In this document: piece after piece, positions 34,259 through 43,545 of the stretch
Position numbering within the stretch: position 1 is the first letter of the stretch
Layout: each line of letters starts with the position of its first letter
Source of the DNA: an uncultured Chloroflexia bacterium
GTDB lineage: Bacteria > Chloroflexota > Limnocylindria > Limnocylindrales > CSP1-4
Length of the DNA: 64,000 nucleotides
Direction of reading: 5' to 3'
NCBI GenBank assembly: GCA_963768655.1
Contig: CAVYIM010000006.1
Location: forward strand, 64,001-128,000
The notes under the pieces: generated by a model
What the model saw: the letters and a program-made list of their open reading frames with translations, nothing else
Told to the model about the DNA's origin: nothing
Database searches by the model: none
Position numbers and translations under genes: made by a program

Positions 34259-35584
34259 GTGAGCACCTACGAGCGAGGTCTACGTCCACTCAGGGCCGTC
34301 TTGAGCCTTGGCTTGGTCGCAGGTGCGCTGTGGGGCTGCAGCAATCTGGCTACACCGTCGTCATCGCCGGTGGCATCGAGCACAGCTGCGCCGACGGCAA
34401 CGGCCGGGTCGCGAGTTCCGACACCCGCGCCATCCACCTCTCCCTCGCCGACACCTGTTCCGACCCTGCCGAGCGGCAACTGGACCGGGCTCCACTGGAC
34501 CCGTGTTCAGACGACCGCTGCGGTCTGGATGACGCCTGCCATCTTGGGTGGGTCTTCGAAAGGGAACGTCACCGAGTCGGGTTGGTCTGTCTTTGGCTGG
34601 GACGACGGCTACGTCGCTTTCGACGTCGTCACCACGAAGTCGAAGAACGGTTCGAAGGTCACCGTCATCGACACGGAGCACTCGACCGACGGCATTTCAT
34701 GGTCCGCTGGAGGCTCTTTCACCCCTCCCTCGTTTACCCCTGACGTGCCGGATCAGCAGTCGCCAAGCGTCGACGGTATCGAAGAAGGACCAGTTGGTCT
34801 TCTCGTATACGACGACTACGACTGCGTCTGCGCGTGTCATTTCCCGACCATCCATCCGCTCGGGGCCTCGACGGACGGCGTCACCTGGCAGACGGTCCAG
34901 GGCGTCGTGGTGGGCGATTGGCTCGACGCCGGGTCGGCCGGCTACATCGTCACCGAGGGGGACCAAGTCGAAATCTCACAAGACGGCATCTCGTGGACCA
35001 GGACCAGACTGAGCGGCAAGGCGTTCGCAACGGTCGACTCCATCGACAGTGGAGCCTCATCTGCAGGCGGCTTCGTCATCACGAGCGAAACCTACGGGCC
35101 TCCGACCCAAGGGGCCATGTGCGTCCAGTTTCCGATTCCGATGAACCCCACGGTCTGGTTCTCGGCGGACGGGAAGAACTGGGTCCGGCAGATCCTGCCA
35201 GGCGGCATCGCCAAGGGTTACGGCAGCGCGACTGTGTGTCACATCAACGCGCATATCCTCCTCGCTCAGGAATGGGACGGTTCCGAACTGGATTGGACCT
35301 CGACCGATGGAGAGGCCTGGACAAGCGCGTCGACCGGCTTCTCCTGTGAGGGCATGCCGCTCGCGGGCCACTACCTCCTCGACTCGTTTGATCCCTACGG
35401 CAACTGGACAGTCGAAGTCCTTGGGCCCGATCTGCACTACGAAGCCCTCGCCGAGACCGGCGATGAGCCGAATTGGCACGACGTCTGGGCGGACCACGGC
35501 TGGGTCGATGCCCTGGGTCCGGCGGGACTGATCGTCTCTGATGGCCAGGGCGGTCTTTGGGTCGGTGTTCCCTTCGCGGGTTGA
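34259..35584 (+). CDS. Lipoprotein with BNR/Asp-box-like repeats
   Basis: Lipobox LWGC, Pro/Ser/Thr linker, repeated S-x-D-G-x-x-W (STDGISW, STDGVTW, SQDGISW, SADGKNW, STDGEAW). Confidence 0.75.
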   Translation: MSTYERGLRPLRAVLSLGLVAGALWGCSNLATPSSSPVASSTAAPTATAGSRVPTPAPSTSPSPTPVPTLPSGNWTGLHWTRVQTTAAVWMTPAILGGSSKGNVTESGWSVFGWDDGYVAFDVVTTKSKNGSKVTVIDTEHSTDGISWSAGGSFTPPSFTPDVPDQQSPSVDGIEEGPVGLLVYDDYDCVCACHFPTIHPLGASTDGVTWQTVQGVVVGDWLDAGSAGYIVTEGDQVEISQDGISWTRTRLSGKAFATVDSIDSGASSAGGFVITSETYGPPTQGAMCVQFPIPMNPTVWFSADGKNWVRQILPGGIAKGYGSATVCHINAHILLAQEWDGSELDWTSTDGEAWTSASTGFSCEGMPLAGHYLLDSFDPYGNWTVEVLGPDLHYEALAETGDEPNWHDVWADHGWVDALGPAGLIVSDGQGGLWVGVPFAG

Positions 35585-36188
35585 GGCGTGCAGGGCAATC
35601 GCGACGCGATTCAGGCGAACTACATCAGCCCTCCATCACACCTTGCTGCCGCGCCTGCCGTCTGGCTGTCGGGAACGGGCAAGTCCACGTCCCCAAGGTG
35701 CCCCGAAAGGGTGCCACCTCTGACTGCCAATTCCGTACTCAACTCCGGCCCGCCTGGGCGTGCACCGAAAAGGGGTCCTTGTGAGTGGGGGCGAGAAGAC
35801 TTGCGGCCGAGACAACAAGCTAGCCGGCGGAGGTCACGAGCGGCCGTCGCGAGACGAATGCCCAGCCGCTGATGGTGGTGCGCGAGACGAGGCGGGAGCT
35901 GATGGCAGAGCCGTCGCGGCCCGACCTAGTGAGTTGAGTTCAGGCACTGCCTATCAAGGGTTTGAACAGCTCGGCTGACGCGCTACTAGCTGTTCGAGCG
36001 ATCTCTTCCCAGTCAACGACGCGACTGACCGGCGGCTCACTCCCGAGAATGCGTCCTGCCTTGAGCACCCCCACTACAGAGCCTGCGGGCGGCGGTTGGC
36101 CCTGCGACCCTCCGGACGATGGGTGCAGCGTGGCCGGACCCCTTTCGCGGCATTCCAGGCTGGTTCAGGTCATCCCAATCACCCGTTC

Positions 36189-36232
36189 CGCTGCCTTCCA
36201 GCCTCTGTTAATCAAGAGGCTGGAAGGCAGCG
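36189..36232. repeat. Perfect 18-bp inverted repeat with an 8-bp spacer
   Basis: CGCTGCCTTCCAGCCTCT-gttaatca-AGAGGCTGGAAGGCAGCG. Confidence 0.9.
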
Positions 36233-36342
36233 TAGCATGTCGTCCTTGACCGTCCATCGTCTGACCATGTGGACCCGATCGACCACGGGCAATCGGTCAA
36301 TCTCTCGTCATCGGGGCGCGTAGCCCCTTACGCGAGGACTAG

Positions 36343-36870
36343 ATGAGGCCAACTATGCCGCAGGAGAGAGTACTCCTCGGCTCACCAGCCGAGCAGGTCC
36401 AATCCGATCTGGCGGCGACCATTGCTGCTGAGGCCCCTGTGCTACTCGCAGCTGCTCGACTGATCACGTCAAGCGAAGCCGAGGCGTGGGATGTCGTTCA
36501 GATTACGATTGAGATCGCCCTGCGCCGGAGAGGATCCCTTCGAGATCGTGGAGCTATTCGAGCCTGGCTGCTTACGATACTCACCCGTGAAGCCATGCGC
36601 TTCCGTCGGCGCGTCCGCGGGGTCATGTCAATTGAATTAGCCGAGGCACAAGCCCCCACCGTTCCGGGCCCAGGTGTCGAGCAGTTAGCGATCAGGCAGG
36701 CCTTGTCCCAGCTTCCACTCCGGACACGAACTGCTGTAGTCCTGCATCACATGGTAGGACTGTCAATAGCTGAGGTAGCCTCAGCTATGAACGTAAGTGA
36801 GAACACGGTGAAGTCTCAGATCAAGCAGGGGATATCTCGCCTGCGGGAGGCGCTTAGCGATGAATGGTGA
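36343..36870 (+). CDS. ECF sigma-70 factor
   Basis: EAWDVVQ, RAWLLTI, ALSQLPLRTRTAVVL and ENTVKSQI (regions 2 and 4). Confidence 0.85.
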   Translation: MRPTMPQERVLLGSPAEQVQSDLAATIAAEAPVLLAAARLITSSEAEAWDVVQITIEIALRRRGSLRDRGAIRAWLLTILTREAMRFRRRVRGVMSIELAEAQAPTVPGPGVEQLAIRQALSQLPLRTRTAVVLHHMVGLSIAEVASAMNVSENTVKSQIKQGISRLREALSDEW

Positions 36871-37459
36871 TGTGCGCAAGCAGGCTGAAGGCAGCCTTGA
36901 TCAGACGACCCTGGACCGCATTCTGCGGTACCTTGAACTCGTGTTTCAGTACGAGTTGTCTGCAGCGAAGACAGACATGGGTGGCGCTCAATGGATTGAT
37001 GGCGTCCCAAGGCTGCCATCGACTGCTCACCATAGGCGCGACTCCTGGCGATCCCGTAGGCACCTAGGTCTTCCAACCCCGGTTCTTCAAGCGGCAACAG
37101 CCGTTGTGATAGCCGGAGTCCTTCTCGCTGGGTTTGTCGCTCCCGCCATCTTGATCCCAGGAGCGTCCAACACGACGATGCCCAGCCCTCAATCGGGCGT
37201 GGTTGGGAGTGTTGTAGTCGCCGGCGGACCAATACCAGGCGCTTCAGACGGGAACCAAGCGGCGGAACTCATCGTCTCGAACGCTACTGGGACCGTGACC
37301 ACTCGCATCGTGGATTCCGGCACGCCCGTGCGCCTCGATCTTCCGCCTGGGCAATATCAGCTATCCGGCGTCTACGGAAATGCCGGCTGTACAGGCGTCA
37401 CCGTTCAGGTCGTTGCAGGTCAGTTCACCCCATTTGCCGTCACCTGCAGCATCCGCTAG
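36860..37459 (+). CDS. Single-pass membrane protein, candidate anti-sigma factor
   Basis: Overlaps the sigma gene; one TM segment followed by a beta-sandwich-like domain (LPPGQYQL). Confidence 0.6.
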   Translation: MNGDVRKQAEGSLDQTTLDRILRYLELVFQYELSAAKTDMGGAQWIDGVPRLPSTAHHRRDSWRSRRHLGLPTPVLQAATAVVIAGVLLAGFVAPAILIPGASNTTMPSPQSGVVGSVVVAGGPIPGASDGNQAAELIVSNATGTVTTRIVDSGTPVRLDLPPGQYQLSGVYGNAGCTGVTVQVVAGQFTPFAVTCSIR

Positions 37460-37461
37460 AC

Positions 37462-38640
37462 CTACTGCAGGGGCAACGCTGTGACGGGCCCCAGCGTAGA
37501 GAGATCGATCGAACTGTCAGAAAGACCCCAGTCGAGCACGAATCCCGTACCGGCATCGATGACGACTGTCAGGAATGTACCGGTGGGAGACGCTTTCCCT
37601 GCGGGCATACGCGCGTTGATGCCAGTGAACTTGCCTTGAATCTGAACTAGATAGACTCCTTGGTTCGAGTTCACACCAGCCCCCGATGCGACCGTGTTTG
37701 CATCCTGGCGCGTTGAAACGACCGCGTTGGCCGTCGTCGCCGAGCTGTCACTAGCGGCGGCTGCCATACTCCCTGCTACTGCCGTGAGAGAGCTGATTGC
37801 CGAGGCAGGAACCGAGGCCGTCGTCTTGGTTATCCCGGCAGTGGCCATTGTCCTACCTTGCGTTGGTAGTATGGGTGCAGCTGAGGCGATAGGGACTGAG
37901 CCTTGGGAAGCACCGGTGTTACATGCCGAGGAGTAAACTACGGCATTGTACTTGCTTATCCAAACCGCGTTGGCCGGTGGATACATCGGGTACAAGTATG
38001 AGTCGCTGCTGCCGTACTGCCAGTTGGTGTGCAAGCTTCCCGTCGTGTCAAACCAATCGAGGGGGCTGGACTGGCCGACTATGTTGTAGGAATTGCTGGT
38101 GGTCTCTATTCCGGTCTCCATGGAAAGCGAATATGGCGGGTTGGAAGTCGAGGTCCCAACGTGTGATGTCCCCTGCCAGACCCACCAGCTATTGCTCCCT
38201 GCATATATGATCTCGGTCTCGTACGATGTGTTAAGTGATCGCGTCCCGACGTAGTGCTCGTGATATCCGCCTCCTGGTCGGTTGTCGGCCCAGAACCAGT
38301 ACGGCCCGCCTCTTGCCTGACCGTTGAGCTCGCCGTAGGACAATCCCGTCTCAACCCAGTAGCCCAGGTTGGAGGAGTTGTCCGTAGCCTCCCACATTTC
38401 CTCGTCGGCGAAATTGACCGTGTCGTTAGGCCCATTGAGACAGCTGGAGTAGATGTTGGTGTAGATGCCTTCATTCGCCGCGGAATTGACCCAAATGGCG
38501 AGGGCATAGCAGTGAGATGAGGATGAGGTTGAACACGTGTAGGCCAGCGCTGTCTGCGGGAGCGCCGCGGAAGCGCCCACCAGCGCGAGAGCAGCTAGGA
38601 GGATTTGGATCTGTCGTCCGAGCGCTCGACTCAGGTTCAT
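37462..38640 (-). CDS. Secreted beta-rich protein (possibly neprosin/G1 peptidase-like)
   Basis: Signal peptide ending ALA; WVETG and METGIE motifs; family assignment is tentative. Confidence 0.6.
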   Translation of the reverse strand: MNLSRALGRQIQILLAALALVGASAALPQTALAYTCSTSSSSHCYALAIWVNSAANEGIYTNIYSSCLNGPNDTVNFADEEMWEATDNSSNLGYWVETGLSYGELNGQARGGPYWFWADNRPGGGYHEHYVGTRSLNTSYETEIIYAGSNSWWVWQGTSHVGTSTSNPPYSLSMETGIETTSNSYNIVGQSSPLDWFDTTGSLHTNWQYGSSDSYLYPMYPPANAVWISKYNAVVYSSACNTGASQGSVPIASAAPILPTQGRTMATAGITKTTASVPASAISSLTAVAGSMAAAASDSSATTANAVVSTRQDANTVASGAGVNSNQGVYLVQIQGKFTGINARMPAGKASPTGTFLTVVIDAGTGFVLDWGLSDSSIDLSTLGPVTALPLQ

Positions 38641-39066
38641 TTGGGTTCGTCCCCCAGCGATCCTGCACGTAGGGCCCATTCGGGCGAGGGTGGATCGCTT
38701 GACAGATACCGCAGCGAAGCCGGGGACGACAATCGGAATGCTTCCGTATGCCCGGAGCAGCAAGGTTCCCAGAGACGCCGCCGGCAGACGAGGCTAGCCG
38801 AAACCTATCTGGCTGTGATCCGGCTGGTGCTGTCGGCGTCGGACTACGCCGAACGGACGCACCCGATGGGTACGCTGGGCGCGCCACCGGAAGCGCCACA
38901 GTTCCCTAGCGACGACGAGCAGCGCCTTTCGTCAGCCTGCGATCACATGACCAAGCGTGACGGTTACTCCACGACCGAGGCTTGACCTAGAACAAAGGTT
39001 CTCTTAGTATTCCCACGTCGACTCTTCGGCCGCCTTTGCTGACGAGTAACGACGATACTCGAAGCT

Positions 39067-39924
39067 ATGACGATGGTTGAGACGAAACACAGGGCGGCCG
39101 CTGCTGCGCCCACGCCCTCGTCAGTCGCAGCGGCGCCTGCCGCTGAGGAGAAGAAGACCCGCACGCGACTGCTTCAAGAGGATGTGCCAGGTTACTCCCT
39201 GGATCAGGCATTGCGCGTCGCCAGGGCTATCGCTGAGAACTACGCTTACAAACCCACCCGCCCAATGAACGTCGCCCGAGCGATGGGTATGTCACCGACG
39301 TCGGGGCCGTTCCGGATGATCACGGGCGCTTCCGTCGCGTACGGTCTGACGGCCGGGGCCGCCCAGGCGCCTGAGATCGGGATTGCCCCGCTAGGCATGC
39401 GGATCGTTCACCCGCTCTCCGAAGGGGACGACTTAGTCGCGACGCGGGAGGCGCTCCTGAAGCCGAAGATCGTCGGCGACTTCCTCCGCGATTACGACGG
39501 GGCCGCGATCCCCGTTGACACCATCGCCAAGAACGTACTCCATCAGAAAGGCGTTCCGACCGAACGTGTTGATGACGTGCTCGATTTGATCGTGGAGGGC
39601 GGCAAGAGCGTCGGCTTCATCACTGAGTACGGCGGAAAGCGTTGGGTCGATCTGGCGGGGCCGGCGCCGACAGCCGCTCCAAACGGCTCAACTGCAGCGG
39701 AAGCATCGGGTCCAGCCGTACCCGCGTCGGTGATGCGTGCCGTCCAGACGCCGACGGCCGCGCCTGTCGCCGTATCGGTGGGGCCAGGAATTCACATCAA
39801 CATCGAGATCCATATCGCGGCGGACGCCTCCTCGGAGACCGTTGAGGAGATCTTCAAGAACATGCGCCGATACGTTCTGGGCGGTGAAGGTAAGGCCGAC
39901 GATGGCCGCGCCGAAGCGGAGTGA
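39067..39924 (+). CDS. DUF5343-like protein
   Basis: PGYSLDQAL N-terminus, YGL motif and C-terminal IHINIEIHI...IEEIFK-type motif (recalled from family patterns, not searched). Confidence 0.55.
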   Translation: MTMVETKHRAAAAAPTPSSVAAAPAAEEKKTRTRLLQEDVPGYSLDQALRVARAIAENYAYKPTRPMNVARAMGMSPTSGPFRMITGASVAYGLTAGAAQAPEIGIAPLGMRIVHPLSEGDDLVATREALLKPKIVGDFLRDYDGAAIPVDTIAKNVLHQKGVPTERVDDVLDLIVEGGKSVGFITEYGGKRWVDLAGPAPTAAPNGSTAAEASGPAVPASVMRAVQTPTAAPVAVSVGPGIHINIEIHIAADASSETVEEIFKNMRRYVLGGEGKADDGRAEAE

Positions 39925-40480
39925 TGGCGTAGATCCGGACCTGCTCCGCCGTCTTAGGGAGTTCCAGGTACGGGTACGCCAGCCATCACGGCGGGTCGAA
40001 GCTGTCGTGCCCGCTCGAGGACCACTCTCTGGGCGCGACGCCAATGTCCTCGCCAGATTACGGAAGCACTCCGTCTCGCTCGGGGACTCGATGGAGCAAG
40101 CCCTCACGGACTTGAACGACAACGGCCGCTTGAGTTACGTAGGACCCGCGGGTGAGATCCGCGAGGTCATGCGAGCCACGGTCCAGCTCCTCGCGCCCGA
40201 CGATGAGGTCAAGAAGCAAGCGTGGTACGTCGGCGTCGAGCAGGGCGGTAAACGCAACCCCTCGCAGGCGGAGAGAACCCGGTACGCGGTTCAACACCGG
40301 GCGGGCGACGGCGATCAGATCAAAGGAGTGGAGACGCTCATCGATGAGCTGGTCGGTCAGATCAGCCGACAAACCTACACAACCGGGAGCGCGGCTTTTC
40401 ACGTCGGGACGCAGCAGGCGAAGGTTAGGAAACTCACGGGGTGGGTCTTTGCGGTGTTGGATGAGGTTCTTCCCGAATAG
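39902..40480 (+). CDS. Predicted pPIWI-associating nuclease-like domain protein
   Basis: EQALTDLND..RLSY.G.A.EIREV....LAPDDEV...P resembles pP_pnuc_1 (recalled, not searched); overlaps the upstream gene. Confidence 0.55.
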   Translation: MAAPKRSDGVDPDLLRRLREFQVRVRQPSRRVEAVVPARGPLSGRDANVLARLRKHSVSLGDSMEQALTDLNDNGRLSYVGPAGEIREVMRATVQLLAPDDEVKKQAWYVGVEQGGKRNPSQAERTRYAVQHRAGDGDQIKGVETLIDELVGQISRQTYTTGSAAFHVGTQQAKVRKLTGWVFAVLDEVLPE

Positions 40481-40484
40481 CCAG

Positions 40485-40527
40485 TACGACTAATTGGCGC
40501 TTAGACCCAGACGACCACGTTGTGGTA
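40485..40527 (+). other. attR-type site, family B
   Basis: TACGACTAATTGGCGCTTAGA-CCCAG-ssb sequence; the arm is 20/21 identical to 47980-48000. Confidence 0.8.
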
Positions 40528-40659
40528 TTCCGCGCGCTCTTTGCCGTTGCCGCGGAACTCGTTGGTCGCCACGGCAAATGTGGCGACGGATGACCCGCTG
40601 GCCAGCGATCGCAGCTCCGGATCGCGGGTCAGGCGGCCGGTCAGAAGGACCTTGTTCAC
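40506..40659 (-). pseudogene. ssb: Captured ssb 5' fragment (codons 1-51), with upstream DNA extending to about 40769
   Basis: [34 protein letters not shown]...YHNVVVW. Confidence 0.9.
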
Positions 40660-40825
40660 GGTCCTGGTCTCCTCTCGCGGCGCCGCTGTGTCGCGACGCC
40701 CTCTCTTGCGGCGGTACTCGAACCGTATCCCAGCCCTCTCTACCGACGCTCATCCGCGGCTTATCCGGGGCCGACGAAGCCTTCCACAGGCCGGAGCGGT
40801 TCGATCCCCCGCGGGACGCCACTCC

Positions 40826-41380
40826 TCAGTCGGGTTTGTCCGTCTGATCGGACCATATCGGCGAAGAGTCGCCAGCCAATCCGTGATGGTCCGCAACCTG
40901 ACCACGCGGGTCGGACCATCGAGCCGGCGATGAGCCCGCAGTCTGATCCGAGGGACGGCGGCGATTCTCCAAAACGAACCGATAGAACCACCTGAGCCAG
41001 AGCGCCTCGCATGCGAAGAACGCGACCGTGAAGAGCCGTAGCAACAAACCAGGGGTGTAATACGGGTTGCTGAAAGGCAGGTTCATGACTAACGCAAACC
41101 CATTTGCCACCGCGAAGAGGATGACGTTCTCCGCCCCAGCGTATAGGTGGTTGGGGTGCGGACCACCCGAGTGCCGGTTCCTCGTCAACAGCCATCCAAG
41201 CACGGTTCCTGGATGGTCGGGGTTGTTCCTCTCGGCCCAGAAACCGACTACGTGCGGCAGATAGTGCTCGTCCAGCAGGTGGAAGGACAGGGCGAACCCG
41301 ACCGAGGACCATGGAATCGTGAAGGCCCCGAACAGGAGCATGAACCCGCCGACGGGTAGGTCGTCCGAACCTACGATCAC
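40826..41380 (-). CDS. Membrane protein (cassette gene)
   Basis: GAGGAG RBS; several hydrophobic segments. Confidence 0.6.
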   Translation of the reverse strand: MIVGSDDLPVGGFMLLFGAFTIPWSSVGFALSFHLLDEHYLPHVVGFWAERNNPDHPGTVLGWLLTRNRHSGGPHPNHLYAGAENVILFAVANGFALVMNLPFSNPYYTPGLLLRLFTVAFFACEALWLRWFYRFVLENRRRPSDQTAGSSPARWSDPRGQVADHHGLAGDSSPIWSDQTDKPD

Positions 41381-41457
41381 CGCTCCTCCTCAGTGCGAAT
41401 GGCCGGTCCATGATAGTCCCGCCGGTTCTCGCAGAACCGTCCCGGTCCCCGCTCCGC

Positions 41458-41484
41458 ACACTGGCGCGTGCCGCGGTCGTCGCC
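41458..41484 (+). other. attR-type site A1 (outer left arm decayed)
   Basis: ACACTGGCGC-GT-GCCGCGGTCGTCGCC. Confidence 0.8.
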
Positions 41485-41583
41485 GCCTGGGTCAACGTAC
41501 CTGTGGGGTATGGGGCGGTTCCAGGCACAGGGGGGCCCTTCCGGGTACTTGAAGCCGACGCGGCCGGGTCTCAAGATCCGGAT

Positions 41584-42084
41584 GTGGCACACGATCCGGC
41601 GACTCCATCCATCCCGCCCGAAGCCCGCGGTGCGCTGGTCCTCTTCGTCGATGACGAGCCCTTGCGTCGGGCCTTCGCCATGAAAGTGCTCGGACAGGCT
41701 GGGTTCGTCACGGAGACGTTAGGAGACGGCGCCCCAGCGGTCGAGCGCCGCTTCCAAGACCCCGTGCCCGCTGTCATCGTCATGAACTGGCAGATGTTCG
41801 GAATGCACGGAGACGTGCGAATGGACGGAGACGTGGCCATCAGGCTCATACGGGAGCGAGAGGCCGCCGAAGGGCTGCCGCGCATGCCCATTCTCTTCGA
41901 AAGCGGCGACATTCTGAGTTCCAAGGTCAGGTCGGCCGACGCAGACGGATTGCTGGCTATGCCCTGCAATGTCGATCAACTGGTCGAAGCCGTCCTCCAG
42001 GTGGGCTGGCCCTCGCGGGCTGAGTCGCCCTGTGAGGCGGAGGCGTCAGCCCCGTCGGAATTCCTTGGCGACAGCTCAGCCTGA
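41584..42084 (+). CDS. Stand-alone receiver (REC) domain protein, atypical (cassette gene)
   Basis: VLFVDDEP, VIVMNWQM, MDGDVAIRLIR and MPILF; start codon uncertain. Confidence 0.8.
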   Translation: MAHDPATPSIPPEARGALVLFVDDEPLRRAFAMKVLGQAGFVTETLGDGAPAVERRFQDPVPAVIVMNWQMFGMHGDVRMDGDVAIRLIREREAAEGLPRMPILFESGDILSSKVRSADADGLLAMPCNVDQLVEAVLQVGWPSRAESPCEAEASAPSEFLGDSSA

Positions 42085-42230
42085 CTCCTGAGGCGAGCGC
42101 CGAGCAGCAGTCTCGGAGGCGACACCTGGCCCGCCCCGTTGGTGGCCACCCGCGCGTACGTTGCCCGACGGGTGGCACGCGTTTCTGGGTACATTCGCCA
42201 TCGCTGGCGCACGACGGGATTACTTGCTGA

Positions 42231-42272
42231 TGGGTCTAACTTGACAGTGGCGCGTGCCGCGGTCGTCGTCCC
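42231..42272 (+). other. attR-type site A2
   Basis: TGGGTCTAACTTGACAGTGGCGC-GT-GCCGCGGTCGTCGTCCC. Confidence 0.85.
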
Positions 42273-42507
42273 ACTGGCGAGTCTGCAGGCGACCCTCGAT
42301 GGCGACCTGCTGACCCTTGCCCAGATACTGGCCGCAGACCTGCGCCAGGCGGTCCCAGACGACCACGTTGTGGTATTCCGCGCGCTCTTTGCCGTTGCCG
42401 CGGAACTCGTTGGTCGCCACAGCAAATGTGGCGACGGATGACCCGCTGGCCAGCGATCGCAGCTCCGGATCGCGGGTCAGTCGGCCGGTCAGAAGGACCT
42501 TGTTCAC
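42244..42507 (-). pseudogene. ssb: Captured ssb 5' half (codons 1-88), site B unoccupied, upstream DNA extending to about 42617
   Basis: [10 protein letters not shown]...[25 protein letters not shown]. Confidence 0.92.
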
Positions 42508-42847
42508 GGTCCTGGTCTCCTCTCGCGGCGCCGCTGTGTCGCGACGCCCTCTCTTGCGGCGGTACTCGAACCGTATCCCCGCTCTCTCTACCGGCGCTCA
42601 TCCGCGGCTTATCCGGGCGACGGCGAAACCCGACGCGGCCATTCGACCTAGCCCCTGCTCCGCTGGTCGCCGACGATGCCGGCCCCGCGCCAGCCAGTCG
42701 AGCGGCTGTGTCGGGGGCCATAGACCCCGGTGGCAAAATGTGCGCTGTGCACGGGGGGCTTGGACACGAGGCCCACACACTGGCCGCCGGGACCGCGCCG
42801 AGCTACTGGCGAGACCGACCCGCATGGTCAATCGCGGGAGGTTCCCG

Positions 42848-43213
42848 ATGCGCTTCATCGAGATCAACGGCTTCTGCATCCGGCCCGACAAGCAGACCGA
42901 GTTCCAGCAGTGGGTCATCGCCAACGAGGCGCGGCTCAAGCGTGCGTACCCGCAGGGGTCCGAGTTCGGTGGCATCTTCGGAGTGGTCTACAGCTCTGAC
43001 AAGAGCGGCGGCGGATGCTACTGGCTAGAAACTCACGACAGCTACGGGGCTATTGACCTGAGCGCCGCTGTCTCAAAGGATCCGACCAGCGAGATGGCCA
43101 ACGTGATGAAGGAGTTCGTGGCATTCCTCGATCCGGATCGGAACGCGGGCTGGAGCCACCACCTGCTCAAGTCCGTCGTTGACGCCACCGTGTTCGACAT
43201 GCCCGCGAGCTGA
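42848..43213 (+). CDS. Hypothetical protein, possibly dimeric alpha-beta barrel/NIPSNAP-like (cassette gene)
   Basis: GGGAGG RBS, 121 aa, host-like codon usage. Confidence 0.65.
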   Translation: MRFIEINGFCIRPDKQTEFQQWVIANEARLKRAYPQGSEFGGIFGVVYSSDKSGGGCYWLETHDSYGAIDLSAAVSKDPTSEMANVMKEFVAFLDPDRNAGWSHHLLKSVVDATVFDMPAS

Positions 43214-43451
43214 AGTCGTGCGTGTCTGAATGGTCGATTCTCTGAGGCGTGGAGGTCGGCCCTGAGTCGCGCACGCAGTGGTCGCGCCGACCAGTCCAGG
43301 CAATCCCACAGTCAGGCCGGGTGAGGATAAGCCGCGCCCGCTAAGCGGCCCTCGCTTCGCTCCTCCCGGCCCCGCTCCGCTGGTCGGCTGCGCCGTGGCA
43401 GCAAGACCGGCCACGTCGGGGGCCAGCTGGGCACGTGGGTCACTTCTAGCG

Positions 43452-43491
43452 GTGGTCAAACCTAACACTGGCGCGTGCCGCGGTCGTCGCC
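43452..43491 (+). other. attR-type site A3
   Basis: GTGGTCAAACCTAACACTGGCGC-GT-GCCGCGGTCGTCGCC. Confidence 0.85.
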
Positions 43492-43545
43492 GACGTTCCT
43501 GTCCGGCCGGTTCGAGCGGATACTTTGGAGGTTGAGCATCTCGGC

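Noticed and set aside
34123-40480. Additional family-A att sites (e.g. GGCGCGT near 36315, GCGCCTGCCG at 35651, ACCATCAC near 34163)
   Set aside because: The matches are too short and lack both arms, as expected by chance in high-GC DNA.
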